Shown piece by piece: positions 47,780 through 60,501 of a stretch of DNA of 64,000 nt (the first letter of the stretch is position 1; each line of letters opens with the position of its first letter). This DNA comes from Paecilomyces variotii (taxonomy: Eukaryota). The notes below the pieces were generated by a model. That model did no database searches. It saw only the letters and a program-made list of their open reading frames with translations, and was not told where the DNA came from. Position numbers and translations under genes: made by a program. Location of the stretch: the NCBI GenBank assembly GCA_004022145.1, contig RCNU01000010.1; one strand, written 5' to 3'.

Positions 47780-49581
47780 TCACAATTCAAATCTGAACTC
47801 AGGATGTCCTTCTCCAAGGCCCTGCATGCGATCCAGCTCCTCGTGCGTATAGCTCTTACCACTAACGCTTTGGAGCTTATCCCGGCGACGGTTCTCCTGG
47901 CGCAGGTACCAATAGTAGATTGTAACCGCGATGCTGCCAACAATGCCAAAGGCAAGACCAACACCGAAACCAACGGGGTACCGTGGCGACTGCGAAGCGA
48001 TAAAAACATTGCTAGAGATGAGAGCTCCGCAGTTTCCAAAACCAGTAAGCAAGCCCATGGCGACGCTCCTTTTTACACCCTTGCCCACATTGACGCAGAG
48101 CCACACCACAATGGTCGACATCATGATAAAAGCTCCCGAGGCAGTAAAGAAGATGCCCGCATAGCGTGCTCCAGCAGCAGGCACTTGCGCGAGTTCAATA
48201 CCCCAGCCAATGATGATCAATATTGACCCGAACAGCGTGAAGCTGTAGCGTTGTCGTAAGTAATCACTTAGCCACGCACTGCTGAGCGTAAGCACGAAAG
48301 CTACCGCATAGACTGGAATCGTATGCACTTGGGCGGATGCAGCAGTCCAGCCGAGATCTTTTAGAATAGTGGGCTGGAAGGCAACCAGAGAGCTAGCAGT
48401 CTCTTCCGCTGCCATGTATGCCAGGACACTGTACATAGATCAGTACCAGACGAGATGTTACAGCTACAAGATAACTTACCAAATCCAGATCTTCCAGTCA
48501 ACGGCCATTAGTAGTACTCGACGAAAGGCAATCTTGTCGTTCTGGGCGCTACCTCCACCATCTTCTTCGAGACGAGCCAAGAGAAATCTCTTCTCGTCTT
48601 TGTCGAGAAAGCTGGCCTTCTCCGGGAACGGGACGATGATCCAGAAGCAAACACTACTCACAACGATGGTTATGATGGATTCCATGATGAAGATCCTAGG
48701 ATTGGTTAGTGTTTGCATCAACGAAAACTTGATGTATGAACTTACCAACGCCATCCTTCGTATCCGCCAACACCGTCCATATGGGAAAGGGCACTGGAGA
48801 ATAACTACTTCATATTAGCGACGGACTCTCTTCCTGGTCAGGACGGAACTTACTCCATTGAAAGCCCCTGCGGCCATGTTCGCGCTGAAGAATATTGCAT
48901 ATCGTCGAAGGAACTCATCTTTCTTATAGTAGCTTCCGATCAAGTAAGCGCAGCCTTATCCTCACAAGTCAGCGATCCGAACGGATGGATGATAGCCTTG
49001 CTACTTACCAGGAACGAAGCCGGCCTCGAACATGCCCATAAGAAAGCGACATGCGATCAGTCCAGATACAGTAGTCGTGAGCCCTTGTCCTAACGTGCAG
49101 AGGCCTAGCAATAGCTCATGAGTGAATGATCCCGCAATGCTAGAGAACATCACTTACCCCAGGCGAACATAAAGACTGCAAGTGTCTTTGGTCCAAATCT
49201 CTTGAATACCAGGTTCGCCGGGACTCCAAACGCAATATATGAAACTGTGAATACTGTCACGGCGATATTGTAATCGTTACCCTTCATATGAAGGGACTTG
49301 GGCATTCCTGCAATCTTCGCATTTCTTCTCCAAATTAGAACAATAATATTATTTCCGAAAAGGCATGACACTTACCCGACATTCGATCGATCTATAAACG
49401 AAATCAAGAACAGAAACCATAGAGCCGGGATCACTCTGAAGTCCAACTTCCAGAGGAGTTTCTTCTCCAACGACTTATCGGTTGAAGACCCAGCGAAAGG
49501 TCTCTCCGAGAGCCGCGACTCGGCTGGGGACTCTAGCACGCGAGGCTCTATGCCAGGGCTCTTTTCCAGTTCGAGAGACAT
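47780..49581 (-). CDS. MFS transporter, anion:cation symporter (Dal5/Tna1-like) family
   Basis: Seven exons join in frame. Motifs LLWKLDFRVIP, IDRSNVGNAKI, RFLMGMFEAGFVPG, GWRWIF..E, ENRRRD and HPEFRF. Confidence 0.9.
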
Positions 49582-50974
49582 TAGGGCCCGTGGACAACGA
49601 GGTCAGGTGGTTTTATGATAACATGCAACAAAGGAGTAACTTGAAGAATTGACGGGAATCAAAAACAAGAGCAGAGAGGACATGAACTTGTCAAAAGAGA
49701 AAGGAATTCACACTATTTCTTGCAAGAAACAGGATTAAAGATACCAGTCCTTTACTCTATGGAATAATCAGACCTACCTAACTCCCTGGATTCAGCCTGG
49801 GTCTCGAACGTTGACCGGACGCTTGGACCCATGTCTGTCACCAAAGGTCCTAAGAATGCTCCGAAGCACACAGAAGAGCCATGGAGGCCTGTCATCCGCC
49901 AATAAAGGTAGAAAAGCGACCTGCGCGGCATACGGTTGTTGGATCCGTGTAGCAACATCACCTGTGCATCGGACAGCCACGCGGGACAGACACTCTTGGG
50001 ACTTAGTCGACGCTGATCATCTCCTTATCTCGAATTTGTCTGCTGTGCCGCTAAACATCGCAGCAAGACAAGGATAAAAAGCACACCACGTAGTAGTTAC
50101 TCCGTATTTACTCCGTTAAAAGAGCTTTCTATAGTTTAGCAGGGATGTCAGCGCTAGTGCCACTAAGCGCGCTAAGCCGCGCTGACCGTTTTGACTCTGG
50201 CAGATCTTACTACTCTGCGTTACAGTACGGATCAGTTAGTTACAGGACCTTAGTGTATCGGTATGCTTGTACGCTTCGGTATGGGCTTGAGTTTGAAGAC
50301 GGCTCGTCTCTTGTATAAGATAAGATGGGAGTAGTGGAGTCTACAAGAAGCCCAGAGTAAAACAATGCCTCGATGCAGCTTCGAGACATCTGAATCATCG
50401 CCAGCTCATCCGCCCATTCTGACATCCAATAGTAACAGGTCCCGAAAACCGAATATGCAGAAGAGCAGAATAGCTTCAAAGATGGTGTGGTTGGACGCCT
50501 AGGACGCCTAATCTCGAAACTGTGGGATGCTGGTACTTCTGTGCTTGGATTACGGCTGATAGGCGATGGCTTAGATTGTGCATAATTGTAGACTACAACT
50601 GGTCAAGAATCCGCATGTGCGACAGGCGAAAGCAGATTGTCGCGATTGACAATCGAATATATGTGGAATGTCAGTAATTTTTGCAAGGAAGCACATTAGG
50701 TGCCGTGATGTTCAACCTGATCGCTGTACCTAAAAGGCATAATTGCTAATATGCGGTACAACTCATGATATTGAGTCGCTCTCCCAGAATTAAGATACCT
50801 TCATTGTCTCGCAAGCTAAATTGTGATATGTAAAACAGTGTCGCGTGAAAAGGAAACGCGAGACTCCGAAGGTCGACATAAAATGTCTCAAGCAGGATTC
50901 AAGACCAAGTTTTGACCATCAAGAAACCATTCGTATCTCGTTCTACAGTAGGATAACGTCACGGACAGAGTAAT

Positions 50975-51850
50975 CTAGATCAAGTGCTTCGATCTGCGGA
51001 GATGTTAGACCTCGTCCACTGACGATATCCCGGGTGCAAATGCATGGAAAGTGATCGTAGAAATGCTCACCTGAAGTACGCCCTCAGGTACACAACCTGC
51101 CAAGCGCCGAGTCCGACTAGCATACCCATCGTTCCAATGGCGAACCATTTCACTCGTTCATTCGTGCTCTCATTAGTGTCTCGCAGTCTCTGCTCGCGGA
51201 GTCTGAGGTACTCCATCTCATTAACGATCTCCGAGACCAGCTCCTCAATGCGTCGAAGGTCCGTCTCAACTGGCTTGAGCTTCTCGTGAGCCTGGATGCT
51301 GTTCCAGTCCCGCGCATCGGCACCAATGTCAATATCGAGTTCAATGTGACGGGAAGGATTCGCGACAGCTTCTGTTATTTCCATCAACGTCAGATAACGA
51401 TCTCCCACCACTCTTCAGGATCGGGTACACGTACGGCGTGTAACAAGCTGGTTTTCGAAGCAAACATCGAATGCGGTGTCCGCGAGGGAAGTGAAGGTCT
51501 GACGAGTCTCGCCTGCAATGTCCTTCGGTCGACCATACTCGTTGCCAAGTGCGTCCTTGATCTAATTTTGTTTACATCGTCAGTTACCCCGATATCGTCC
51601 AATTAAGCAGGTCCTCGATTCGACTCACATGCATGTTGACGGATTGTCCATCACCTCTGTGACCGCTTACAATGGCGGTCACGACCACCAGCTGGTTGGC
51701 TGACACGAAATTCCGGATGCACCGTTCATTCTTACCACTGTGGCCGGAGACCGCAGGGAGATCGAACTTGAGAGCAGAAGAAAAGGGAAAAACCAAAAGC
51801 AGAGAAAGGAGGCTCAGAACAGACCTCAATGTGAAGAAGGAAGACCCCAT
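50975..51850 (-). CDS. erv25: p24 delta family ER-Golgi cargo receptor Erv25/TMED10
   Basis: Four exons; signal peptide, [56 protein letters not shown]. Confidence 0.95.
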
Positions 51851-52283
51851 CTTGAATGAGGAGCTCGCAACCGACGGGGATAGTGGTCTTGAACAATGGA
51901 GCTTGGATACCGGTGATGCCACGCTGGGGCTTACTAGGGGACGGAAAACAATGGGTGGATCAACAATGTTCCGCGGCCGCAGGCGATCATCAAGAACAGC
52001 ATAAATGGCCACGCACGACCATCGCAATGCATCTAAGAATAATAAGTTGAGTTATATTTACATATCGCTGCTATATATACATATGAGCAGTATCAATAAA
52101 TTGCTCTCATATTATACAAAAATACGTCGCAGAAAACAAGGGCGACCGGCCGACTCACCACTGACAAAGCTCGTCAAGGTTGGAGCCAGAGATGACGGTC
52201 TTAATTCCATACCACAATGCCGTCCTTGGCAAAGTTGGGCGCGCAAATGATGCGCCATCGTCACTCATAAGATGATTTAGCAC

Positions 52284-53197
52284 CTACTTGTCTTGAGCTC
52301 TAAGCCTCTGGACGAGCTTTTCTCTCAAGAATGGACTGAGGCCGAGACTATATAGGGAGATTAGCAATGTTGGACATAAATCTTTGTTCCGAAACTTACA
52401 TTCCGTTGCGGGTGACAATTCGGTATGTTCCTGTCAGCAGTCAGTCAATACCGATTAATGAAATAGTAGGGCCAGCACTTGTACCGCTAGGCTGATAATT
52501 TCCGTTTCCTCCCACAAACCCTCCATTTGAATCGACTTCCAAACTGCCAAATATATCTTCAGGGCTATAACACGATCAGTTCATGCCATACTATGTATCA
52601 GTAAGTTGGAAGTCCATACGATGCGATCCTCCCATACTCGGGAGGGTTTCTGGAATCGGATATGTGAATCCAACCACCTCTTCCTCCTGATCCAGCTCCT
52701 CCCTGACCACTTGCTCCTCCGCTAGAATCGCCGCCAGCGCCACCGCCGCCGCCGTACCCGGGTCGCTTCCTGCGGTGTTGTTGAGGCGCAAAGAAGACAC
52801 CGCCAGAACCTAGGTTGGCCCCAGAAGTTGAAGCCATAACCTGAGCCTGCGATACAGCTTCTGGATCCTCGTGCGCATGCTCAGAAAGAACGTCTTGTAG
52901 TATTCTTAGAAAAGAAGGGTTTTCCTTGAAGGAAGCTGGAGTAGGAGGCAGTTCGTTTGTAGTGCCGATGGATAAGTCAGGATTTGGAGGTTCAGTAGGT
53001 AGGAGGGAAAGGACATGGTTGTCTGTATGTGTCTTATCGTCTCGAAACACATACTAAAAGTCTGTTAGGTATTGTTAAAAGATAGCTTCTTCGGAACTTA
53101 CTATGTACGGATAACCATCCAATGTGGACAGTGACCGGATTTGACTCCATCGCGGACCTCTGAGCGCTTGGCGCGTAAAGGAGCCAAAGAATAACAT
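52284..53197 (-). CDS. Conserved fungal protein of unknown function, probably mitochondrial
   Basis: Five exons, from MLFFGSFTRQALRGPRWSQIRSLST (presequence-like) through GGWIHISDSRNPPEYGRIASPEDIFGSLEV and YQPSGTYRIVTRNGILGLSPFLREKL to stop. Confidence 0.8.
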
Positions 53198-53671
53198 AAT
53201 TCAAATTAGAACAATGAAACAAAAAGCAGAAAAGGACGATGGCATAGGCGCAATGGAAGTTTCAAAATTTCAAGATCGAAATCAACGATGACGAAGGTCA
53301 AGATCGGAAGCAAACACGGCAAACTCATGTGACTGCGCGTATGCGTGTTTGCGGCGGCAGCTTCATCTAGCCGCCGAAGCTTCAGGACACTGGTCGATAT
53401 AGCCCAGTGCTTCTCGTTCAAGTTACTACTGGCCCTGGAGACTCGATTTCAGGGCCAGCATAGGTCGCAATCTGTGGAAATCTCTGTCGCAATTCTCGAT
53501 CTACGGCGTAGAAGAATAGATCCTGATTCAATCGCAAGACATAACTAATCTCAATTCTCTCTGTTTCGGTTTCCGATAACCAATTTTCACTGTGGCACAT
53601 ATATCTCTGTTCCTGACTGGCGATTGTGTTTACTATCTCGTCCTTTCCTCTGTGTTCTCCAAAGATCAAAA

Positions 53672-56000
53672 ATGGCAACCCCATCTTCCAAACCCAACCC
53701 AGGGGCAACACCCACCCACCTAACCTCACCTCATCCTTCCTCTGTACCTATGGGTCGGCCTTTGTCACATAAATCACCCTCAATGAAAACCCCATCTGCT
53801 TCGGGGCATGCTCATGGTCATCACCAAAGCGCGTCTCATCAGAACGCAACCCCTTTGGCTGCTGCAACTTCAGCGGATGACCCAGTGACTTTCAGCTCTC
53901 CTTCAGCGCTGTTAGCGCTGGGCGGCTATACTGGTATTAGTCCGTCACCTGCAGCGCAGGACGCTCTCATCGGCTCTCATATGCATGAGAATGATATCCA
54001 TGCATTAGGGATGCAGGGATTAGGGCTTGGAGGAGCACGAGACAATGACGAGGAGCGAAGGAAACATATCGAAGAAGTGGTTCAGCTACTTCGAACGCGC
54101 GTTGCAGGTCGAGGTGTGTGCAGGGAAGGCATCGAGAGAATTGGTCAGCTGGCGGGATTCGAATCGATATGGCAGGACAATAATCTTAGCATTGCTGGCA
54201 ATTCAGTCGACCTGGAAATCGAGTTTTACCCAGGCCAAGACAGCGTGAAAGACGTGAGCCTTTCGTACGCCACTCCAGAAGCCCAGGAAAGTGTGAGGCG
54301 AGATGAAGCTACGGCTGTCTTGAAGCGCGATCTCATGCAGTCGGATGAAGAACGGCAACAGGGGATCTGGAAACGATTGGACGGTTTCTATGGAAATTTG
54401 GAGCGGCTCGCTAGGCTGGATAGACTCAGCCAAGAAGTAAACTGCTTCGAAGCGACCGAGGCGCTCTATGAAAGTCTTAGAACGATATGGGAAGAAGAAA
54501 AGAAACATCCAAGGTGGACGCCTACTTACGAGCACCTTTGTAAGGGCTGGGTTGGCCGCCCTTCGTTGCACAAAGGAAGACGTTTCGGATTGGGTTTGGA
54601 ATATTGGGTCGAGCAACATCGAGCGTTGGACGCGAAGCAGAGGAAGAGATCCCAAGATAGTATGGTTGTTGACCAGGTCGGTGGACAAGAGATGGACGAG
54701 CAACCAATTTCGGAGGACGCCATTTGGAGTGTTACAATTGAATGCGAAGAAGGCTATCCGTCACTTCGAGTCTCGAAAGACTGGGTTGGCTCTGACGTAC
54801 TGACATCCGTGGATACCGGTGGCAGAGAGTCAACGGATTCCCAAGCCGAGTCCTCGATCATGCTAGTCAACTGGGCTGAACCACCTCCTACTTTGACGTC
54901 GTCGGCTGCTGCCAACGCAGACTCCATGGCGTTGGATTCGGGCATGCTTGGCTCACAGACTCCAAACCGGAGGTTCGTGGCGAAGCTGGAGCCGGCTGTC
55001 AACGTTCCCATCCTGGCAGCCTCTGATATATACAGGCATTTGGGGCTTCAGTTGCCTCAGGAGTTCAAAATGGTTACGTATGATGCGCTCTTGTTGCCAT
55101 CCTGGACGGCTTCATCGGAGGCTAGCACCTCGGACGAGGTGCATCGACCGGGCGGCAAGAGACTGAGAAAAAGCGTTGTTACATTTGATTCAGAGGGCAA
55201 GCAAGTGAATAAACAGCATTCCTACGCTTTTCAAGCCTTTGAGACCGTCGCTGGCCGAACATTGCGAGATCTTCCCTTTTCGCATCCCCGCCAACTTGCT
55301 GATATTTTCCCCGTGAGTATCGCCCTGTAAAGGATTATCTCGTGCGTGTGAGACTGACGAGAAATGTACTCAGATACTTCGCCAGTATGCACTGCTAGAA
55401 AGTCTCCTCCGTAATGTATTCTCTCGCTCGGGGGAAAACAATGTCAGAGCTCCAGATGCAAAGATTACGAGGGCAGCGGTTTCTTCCGACCATCCTTCGG
55501 GATCGTTGTTGTCTGGGACACACGTATCAGTCTTGACAAACCACGACCCTACAGAAGACAGGCTGGGTTCTCTTCTAAGAGATTTCGGTGAGAACAGAGC
55601 GGAGGACAGCATGGATATAACGGTTGATGAGGATCCGAGTAAAGAGACGGACAATCTCAAAGTTGACATTACATTACGGACTCAGATTGGACAAGCGCCC
55701 GTGATCATGCTTCTCTTTCCGATCGAGCGAGAGCCAGGAAAGGGCTCAGCGTTAGCTTCCGGAGGCAACGACGTGCGGATGGGTTCGCTGAACATCGAAA
55801 TTGGGCTCAATGGACGTGTCTCGGTCAACCAGATCCAGGGCCTATGGGACGTCGAGGAAGCGCAAGACAGCAGTGCTCCGAGGCCGGAAGTCCAGGAGTT
55901 GCAGAAGAAGCTGGCAAAAGTCTTGGAGACGTCGGAAGATCTGGGCATCCTGGTGGAATGGATCCTCCGCTGGATGCGGCGGCGGAGAGACCGTGCATAA
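53672..56000 (+). CDS. med1: Mediator complex subunit 1
   Basis: Exons 53672-55312 and 55374-56000; LSIAGNSVDLEIEF, NLERLARLDRLS..VNCFEA, PFSHPRQL...ILRQYA and EDLGILVEW. Confidence 0.85.
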
Positions 56001-57599
56001 GGTGAACGTTCGGTCGAGCTTATGCAGGTGCGTTCTACAGTCTTGCATGAATATGCTCCACCTTGAGAGCTACAGAACCTCGTTCTTCAGGAGTATATAA
56101 GCAAGGGAGATCTCCCGGTCCGCGCCGGATCCTTTATCCAAACACGGTGGATCGCCGCTGGGATCGATCAACGGCCCAGCGTCTGCAGCCAGTCAGGAGT
56201 GTCCGATAACAAGAGCCCCAGAGCAACTATTCTAGAGGGCACCGAATGGAGACGATGGACATGCGTCCGGGGTCATTATAAAACGTGGCTAATTTCGTCA
56301 CTGTGACATTGATGGTGTAGTCTGCCCTAATGGCCGAGTTACAGGAACAACGCCGCGTTGTGGACTGGGAGCGATATTATTATGCATTACGGCTTTTCAG
56401 CATTTATTATGGCTGACATGACGGAGTCCCGCCTTGTTCCATCTTGTTCTATTTATGAAACACCAGCTGGTGCCCGATAATTCTTATTATTGCACGTGCC
56501 CTCTGGTAGATCGATAGACACGCTAGCCATGCAGGTCCAGAAATACAGAAACACACACTTGCATAATTGATTACTTCGCTGCCAGACGTCCCAGGGAATA
56601 TCCGTATGCCGAAATTAGACTATGTATACACCTGTCCATGCATACAAGTTGATTGGATCGTTGAATCCCGTCATCTCCACGATCCACAATTACCGGCTAC
56701 GTAGCATAAGCATTTGTAGTCGTGTACAGACACAGGAATACTACTACAAGCAGCAAGAAATAAACCACCCCATACCTCTCCGGCTAAGGAAAAAGAAGGG
56801 CAACGAAGCCTCCGTAATTGCAGATCAAGATATTGATACGTTACAGCTAATAGACTCCGCCTCGGAGACAATATCATATCATAGATAAATTCAGGTTTCG
56901 AGAGAGTATATTGAACGGAAGAAACTAAACAATCATGGCTCCTCTATCCAATTCCGCAGAACATGACAATGGAAAAGAGAATGGGGGACTTCTGTCAGTC
57001 AGTTCACGCGGATGGAAAGGTGAGGAAGATCTTCAAGAACTTCTAGATGAGTCCTCTGAGCTTGCTTTCTTATTTGTACAATATAATCCGTGTCCAGATC
57101 CGTTGAGGATATAAATTCGTAATATTGTGAACAGAAAACAAACGCGAGCAATCAGCTAAGTCATTCTAGAGCGTGTGCATAACACTCCTGTAAAAAAAAA
57201 AAAACAGGATTTATCTAGTCCCGCTAACTAGACCGCCATTTTCTTATGGGCACGATACCTACTCTTGTCAGAGATCTGGAAAGTCAATATACTTTGACGA
57301 TTGGCTGACTTTATCACGAAATGAGTTCTTTTGAATTGACGAATAGCAACTGGAGGAAGAAAACTGGGATACAGAGGTTAGGTAACTAGAACTTGACTAT
57401 GGAATGTTTATGAGAATAAATTGCGGCTCGGCCCCAGCAACAGGGTTATTCTCTCTCGATGCCTAAGTGGACCCTCACGTTTGCCTCATTACGAGTATAA
57501 AGGGCATTATCTATGGCAAGTAAATTTAATGGTTTAGTTAACTTACGCTGATCGACCTTGGGGTCTATCGATCTACAGTATAATTTGCTAACACGAGGG

Positions 57600-60500
57600 G
57601 AGGGTGGGAAGACACCCATCGATAAAAAAGAAAGAAGCGGGAAAAGAAACAATAACAACAACATGTAATACGAATATTAACCCCATACCCAACCCAGTTA
57701 CCTAACTAGCTAGCTAGCTAAGTTAATAGTTCTGTCTTTTTTTCTGGGGTTGTAAGATCTGGTTAGACCAAGAAAGAAAAAAAAAAAAATGGCTCATGGG
57801 GGGTGTCCTCCTCGGCACATGAAGTGATACGATGCGGTTCCTTCCTTCCTTCTTTCTTTCTTTCTACCTACTTATCTATCGGTAGATGCGGGTGTGGCGC
57901 ATCAACAGTTGGAGCTGGCTTGTGAATATCTTATCTAGCGTGATTTCTTTTCGTGTCTTGCCTGGTTGGGCAGTTCGCTTGAGGTGCCCAGGTGGACGGA
58001 TGGATGGAGCTGATAGATACTTGGGGGGTAAGGTTAGGTTTGGGCTGGTAGATAGGCTCCTATCGGTTGTTTTGGATTACGAGTAATAAAGAACGGCCAT
58101 CATGTGGCTTGGATAGTACTACAAAAGGGCGCGGGATGCCATTCCCCGTGTGATAGACCAGGTTGAAGATAGAGAAAGATACCATAGACGGAACGGCTCC
58201 GAGGGTATGAGTATCTAGATATGGTAGATACCGGGAGGGAACAATGCTGCTCTTTTTTTCGTTTTGGTGGTTTTCCCAGTCCAACCCCGCACGAAGGCCT
58301 CCCCGGATTTTTTACTTTGCGTCGAAGGCGAAAACCGCCGATCCGCAAGAGGATAGTTAATAATATCTAGCAGGAAATCGGACGAGAGGATTATTTTTGC
58401 ATGGCGCCTGGTTCGTTCGAGTGGGTGAGTAATGGCGGGCGATTGTGACGGGCAGAAACAAGAAGATCGAGTTCATCTGTCAGCATGGTGTGTCATGGAG
58501 CGGCAGCCAGACCAATCAGTGCCAGGCGATAAGCAATGCAGGGCCGGCTGGGCGAGCAGGCGCGCGGATTGGGCAGACATTGACCTGAAGGGTAATACTA
58601 ATATCGCTCCGTCTCCAAACGATCTGTGTCGCGGTGAGGGGAAAAAGAAAAAAAAGGCAAAAAGAAAAAAGAGACAGGAGACTTGAGGGGAAATCACATA
58701 GAGAGGCATTTTTTTTTTTTTCGATTCATTTTACTATAGAGTATCGATTCCGTACTGTGAGTCTAGAGTGAGTAACTGACTAACTTATCCGATGGGGCTT
58801 GCCACTAAAGAGGCCAGTTCGGGTCTAGTCGGTGCCACCCGCAGCGATCGCGTTCCCACCGTTGAACTAACTACGGAGTAACTGCTCGATGGTACTGCTT
58901 CTATTCTTATGCCTTTTGACTCAGATGCTGATTCCTGGGAATAATCGCTCAGCCCTGGTGTGTTTTGTTCGATGCGGTTTTTTTTCCTGTCTTCATCGTT
59001 TGTCTCCTAGATAGATACCTAGGGTATCCATCCCACAGCCACGTTGGGAACTCGGCCGGTTGTGCGATGGCTGGACGATCCCAGATCGCACGCTGAGCGC
59101 TGTCGTTGGCCGGAGAGAAAGGGAGCCTTACCGCATCCGGAGTGGCCACGGCCGGTGTCGGGGTCTTCCAGAAAAATCATGGAGCCGACGTCGCCACATT
59201 CGGGCGAGAGGGACAGTGGAGATGATGAGGTTTCATGATGATGCTGATGCGGATGCTGATGCGGGTTATATGGTACTTATGATTCAGACCAGATACTCTA
59301 CGCAGGGAGTAGATAGTCACGAAGCAGGGAGATGATAATGCAAAGATAGGATAGTCGACCGGTCGATGGCGGCTCAACCGAGACGGGACCACGCGAGATG
59401 GCGGGGGGTGGAACGCGCTGCTGATAACGAATGGCCGGCGCGGACATGGTTGCTGTCAGCTCAGGCACGAGCTGGTCGGGTCTAATAATCTCTCAAACCA
59501 GCTGTTCTAGCGTGTATTATTATTGTTATTCTGATCTCTACTAGAGAGTCGAGACTCGAAACAGAGAGAGAGATGCTATGCGAATCCAATCATGTCATTC
59601 CGGAATGGCCGTGACAGTAGAAGCCGGATGTATGCAATTCGCAGCGGCCGTTCTAGAGCCGATGCAAGGATCGCTCAGGTACACCAACTGCTGCTGGTCG
59701 TTGCGCGTCTGGACGAACTTTTCGTTTCAATAATTAATTTCTTCGCCCTGTCCTCCTGGTTACGTACTCGAGTGAGTCGTGACGGCCTATCAGACCCCGA
59801 ATTCAAGCAGCCTGAAGCAGTAGTTTCATTAATAGTTAACTACCTAGTTTCGAGCAGGATGGATGATGCCCGACGCTGTGGTTTTATCGGGGAGATACAC
59901 TACTAATAATAATATCTGAGTAACTACCACGAGCGTGGGGTCAAATCTCCAAGAGGGGAGAGGGCGGGAGAGAGAAAATCAAATGTGAGGGTTTGGTTCA
60001 AACTACATCACATCGTGGCGGGAATAATAGCAGTAGAGTAGAGTAGAGTACGAGTAAGTACCATAGAGTAGTAACTTGGATACGAGGATGAATTATTATT
60101 CGTTCCATTGGAATTCCAAAGGCACTTACTTCCCCCCAGATTCTTCCAGCCTTTACCCGAACAACAGCCAGGAAAGCGTAATGGAGTGACCAGGAAAAAG
60201 TGCGTGGTGAGAAGTGAAAGAAAAGCCACCAGCAATTAAATTTATCGGTTGGTCCTGCTTCGCCCCCCCACCCGGCGCATCCCTCTTCCCTTCTCCACCA
60301 CTTTCTCGCTCTTCCTTATATCTTTGCTCGCGGGACCTCCCAAGACTCTCTGTGATCATCTACCATCTATCCACTGCTTCGTGCAGTCTATCGCTTTTTT
60401 TGCTCTACACTGTCGTTGTTGCTTCGTTGTTTTTGCTGTTCTGACATTCCAGTACTCACTTCCACACACACAACCCACACACACACACACATTCAGTCAT
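57600..60500 (+). promoter_or_regulatory. Long glnA upstream region rich in GATA (AreA-type) sites, with a Gcn4/CpcA site
   Basis: Many GATAR/YTATC sites (e.g. ~58011, 58050, 58151, 58167, 59008, 59310, 59333, 59344, 59422); TGACTCA at 58917. Confidence 0.5.
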
Positions 60501-60501
60501 C

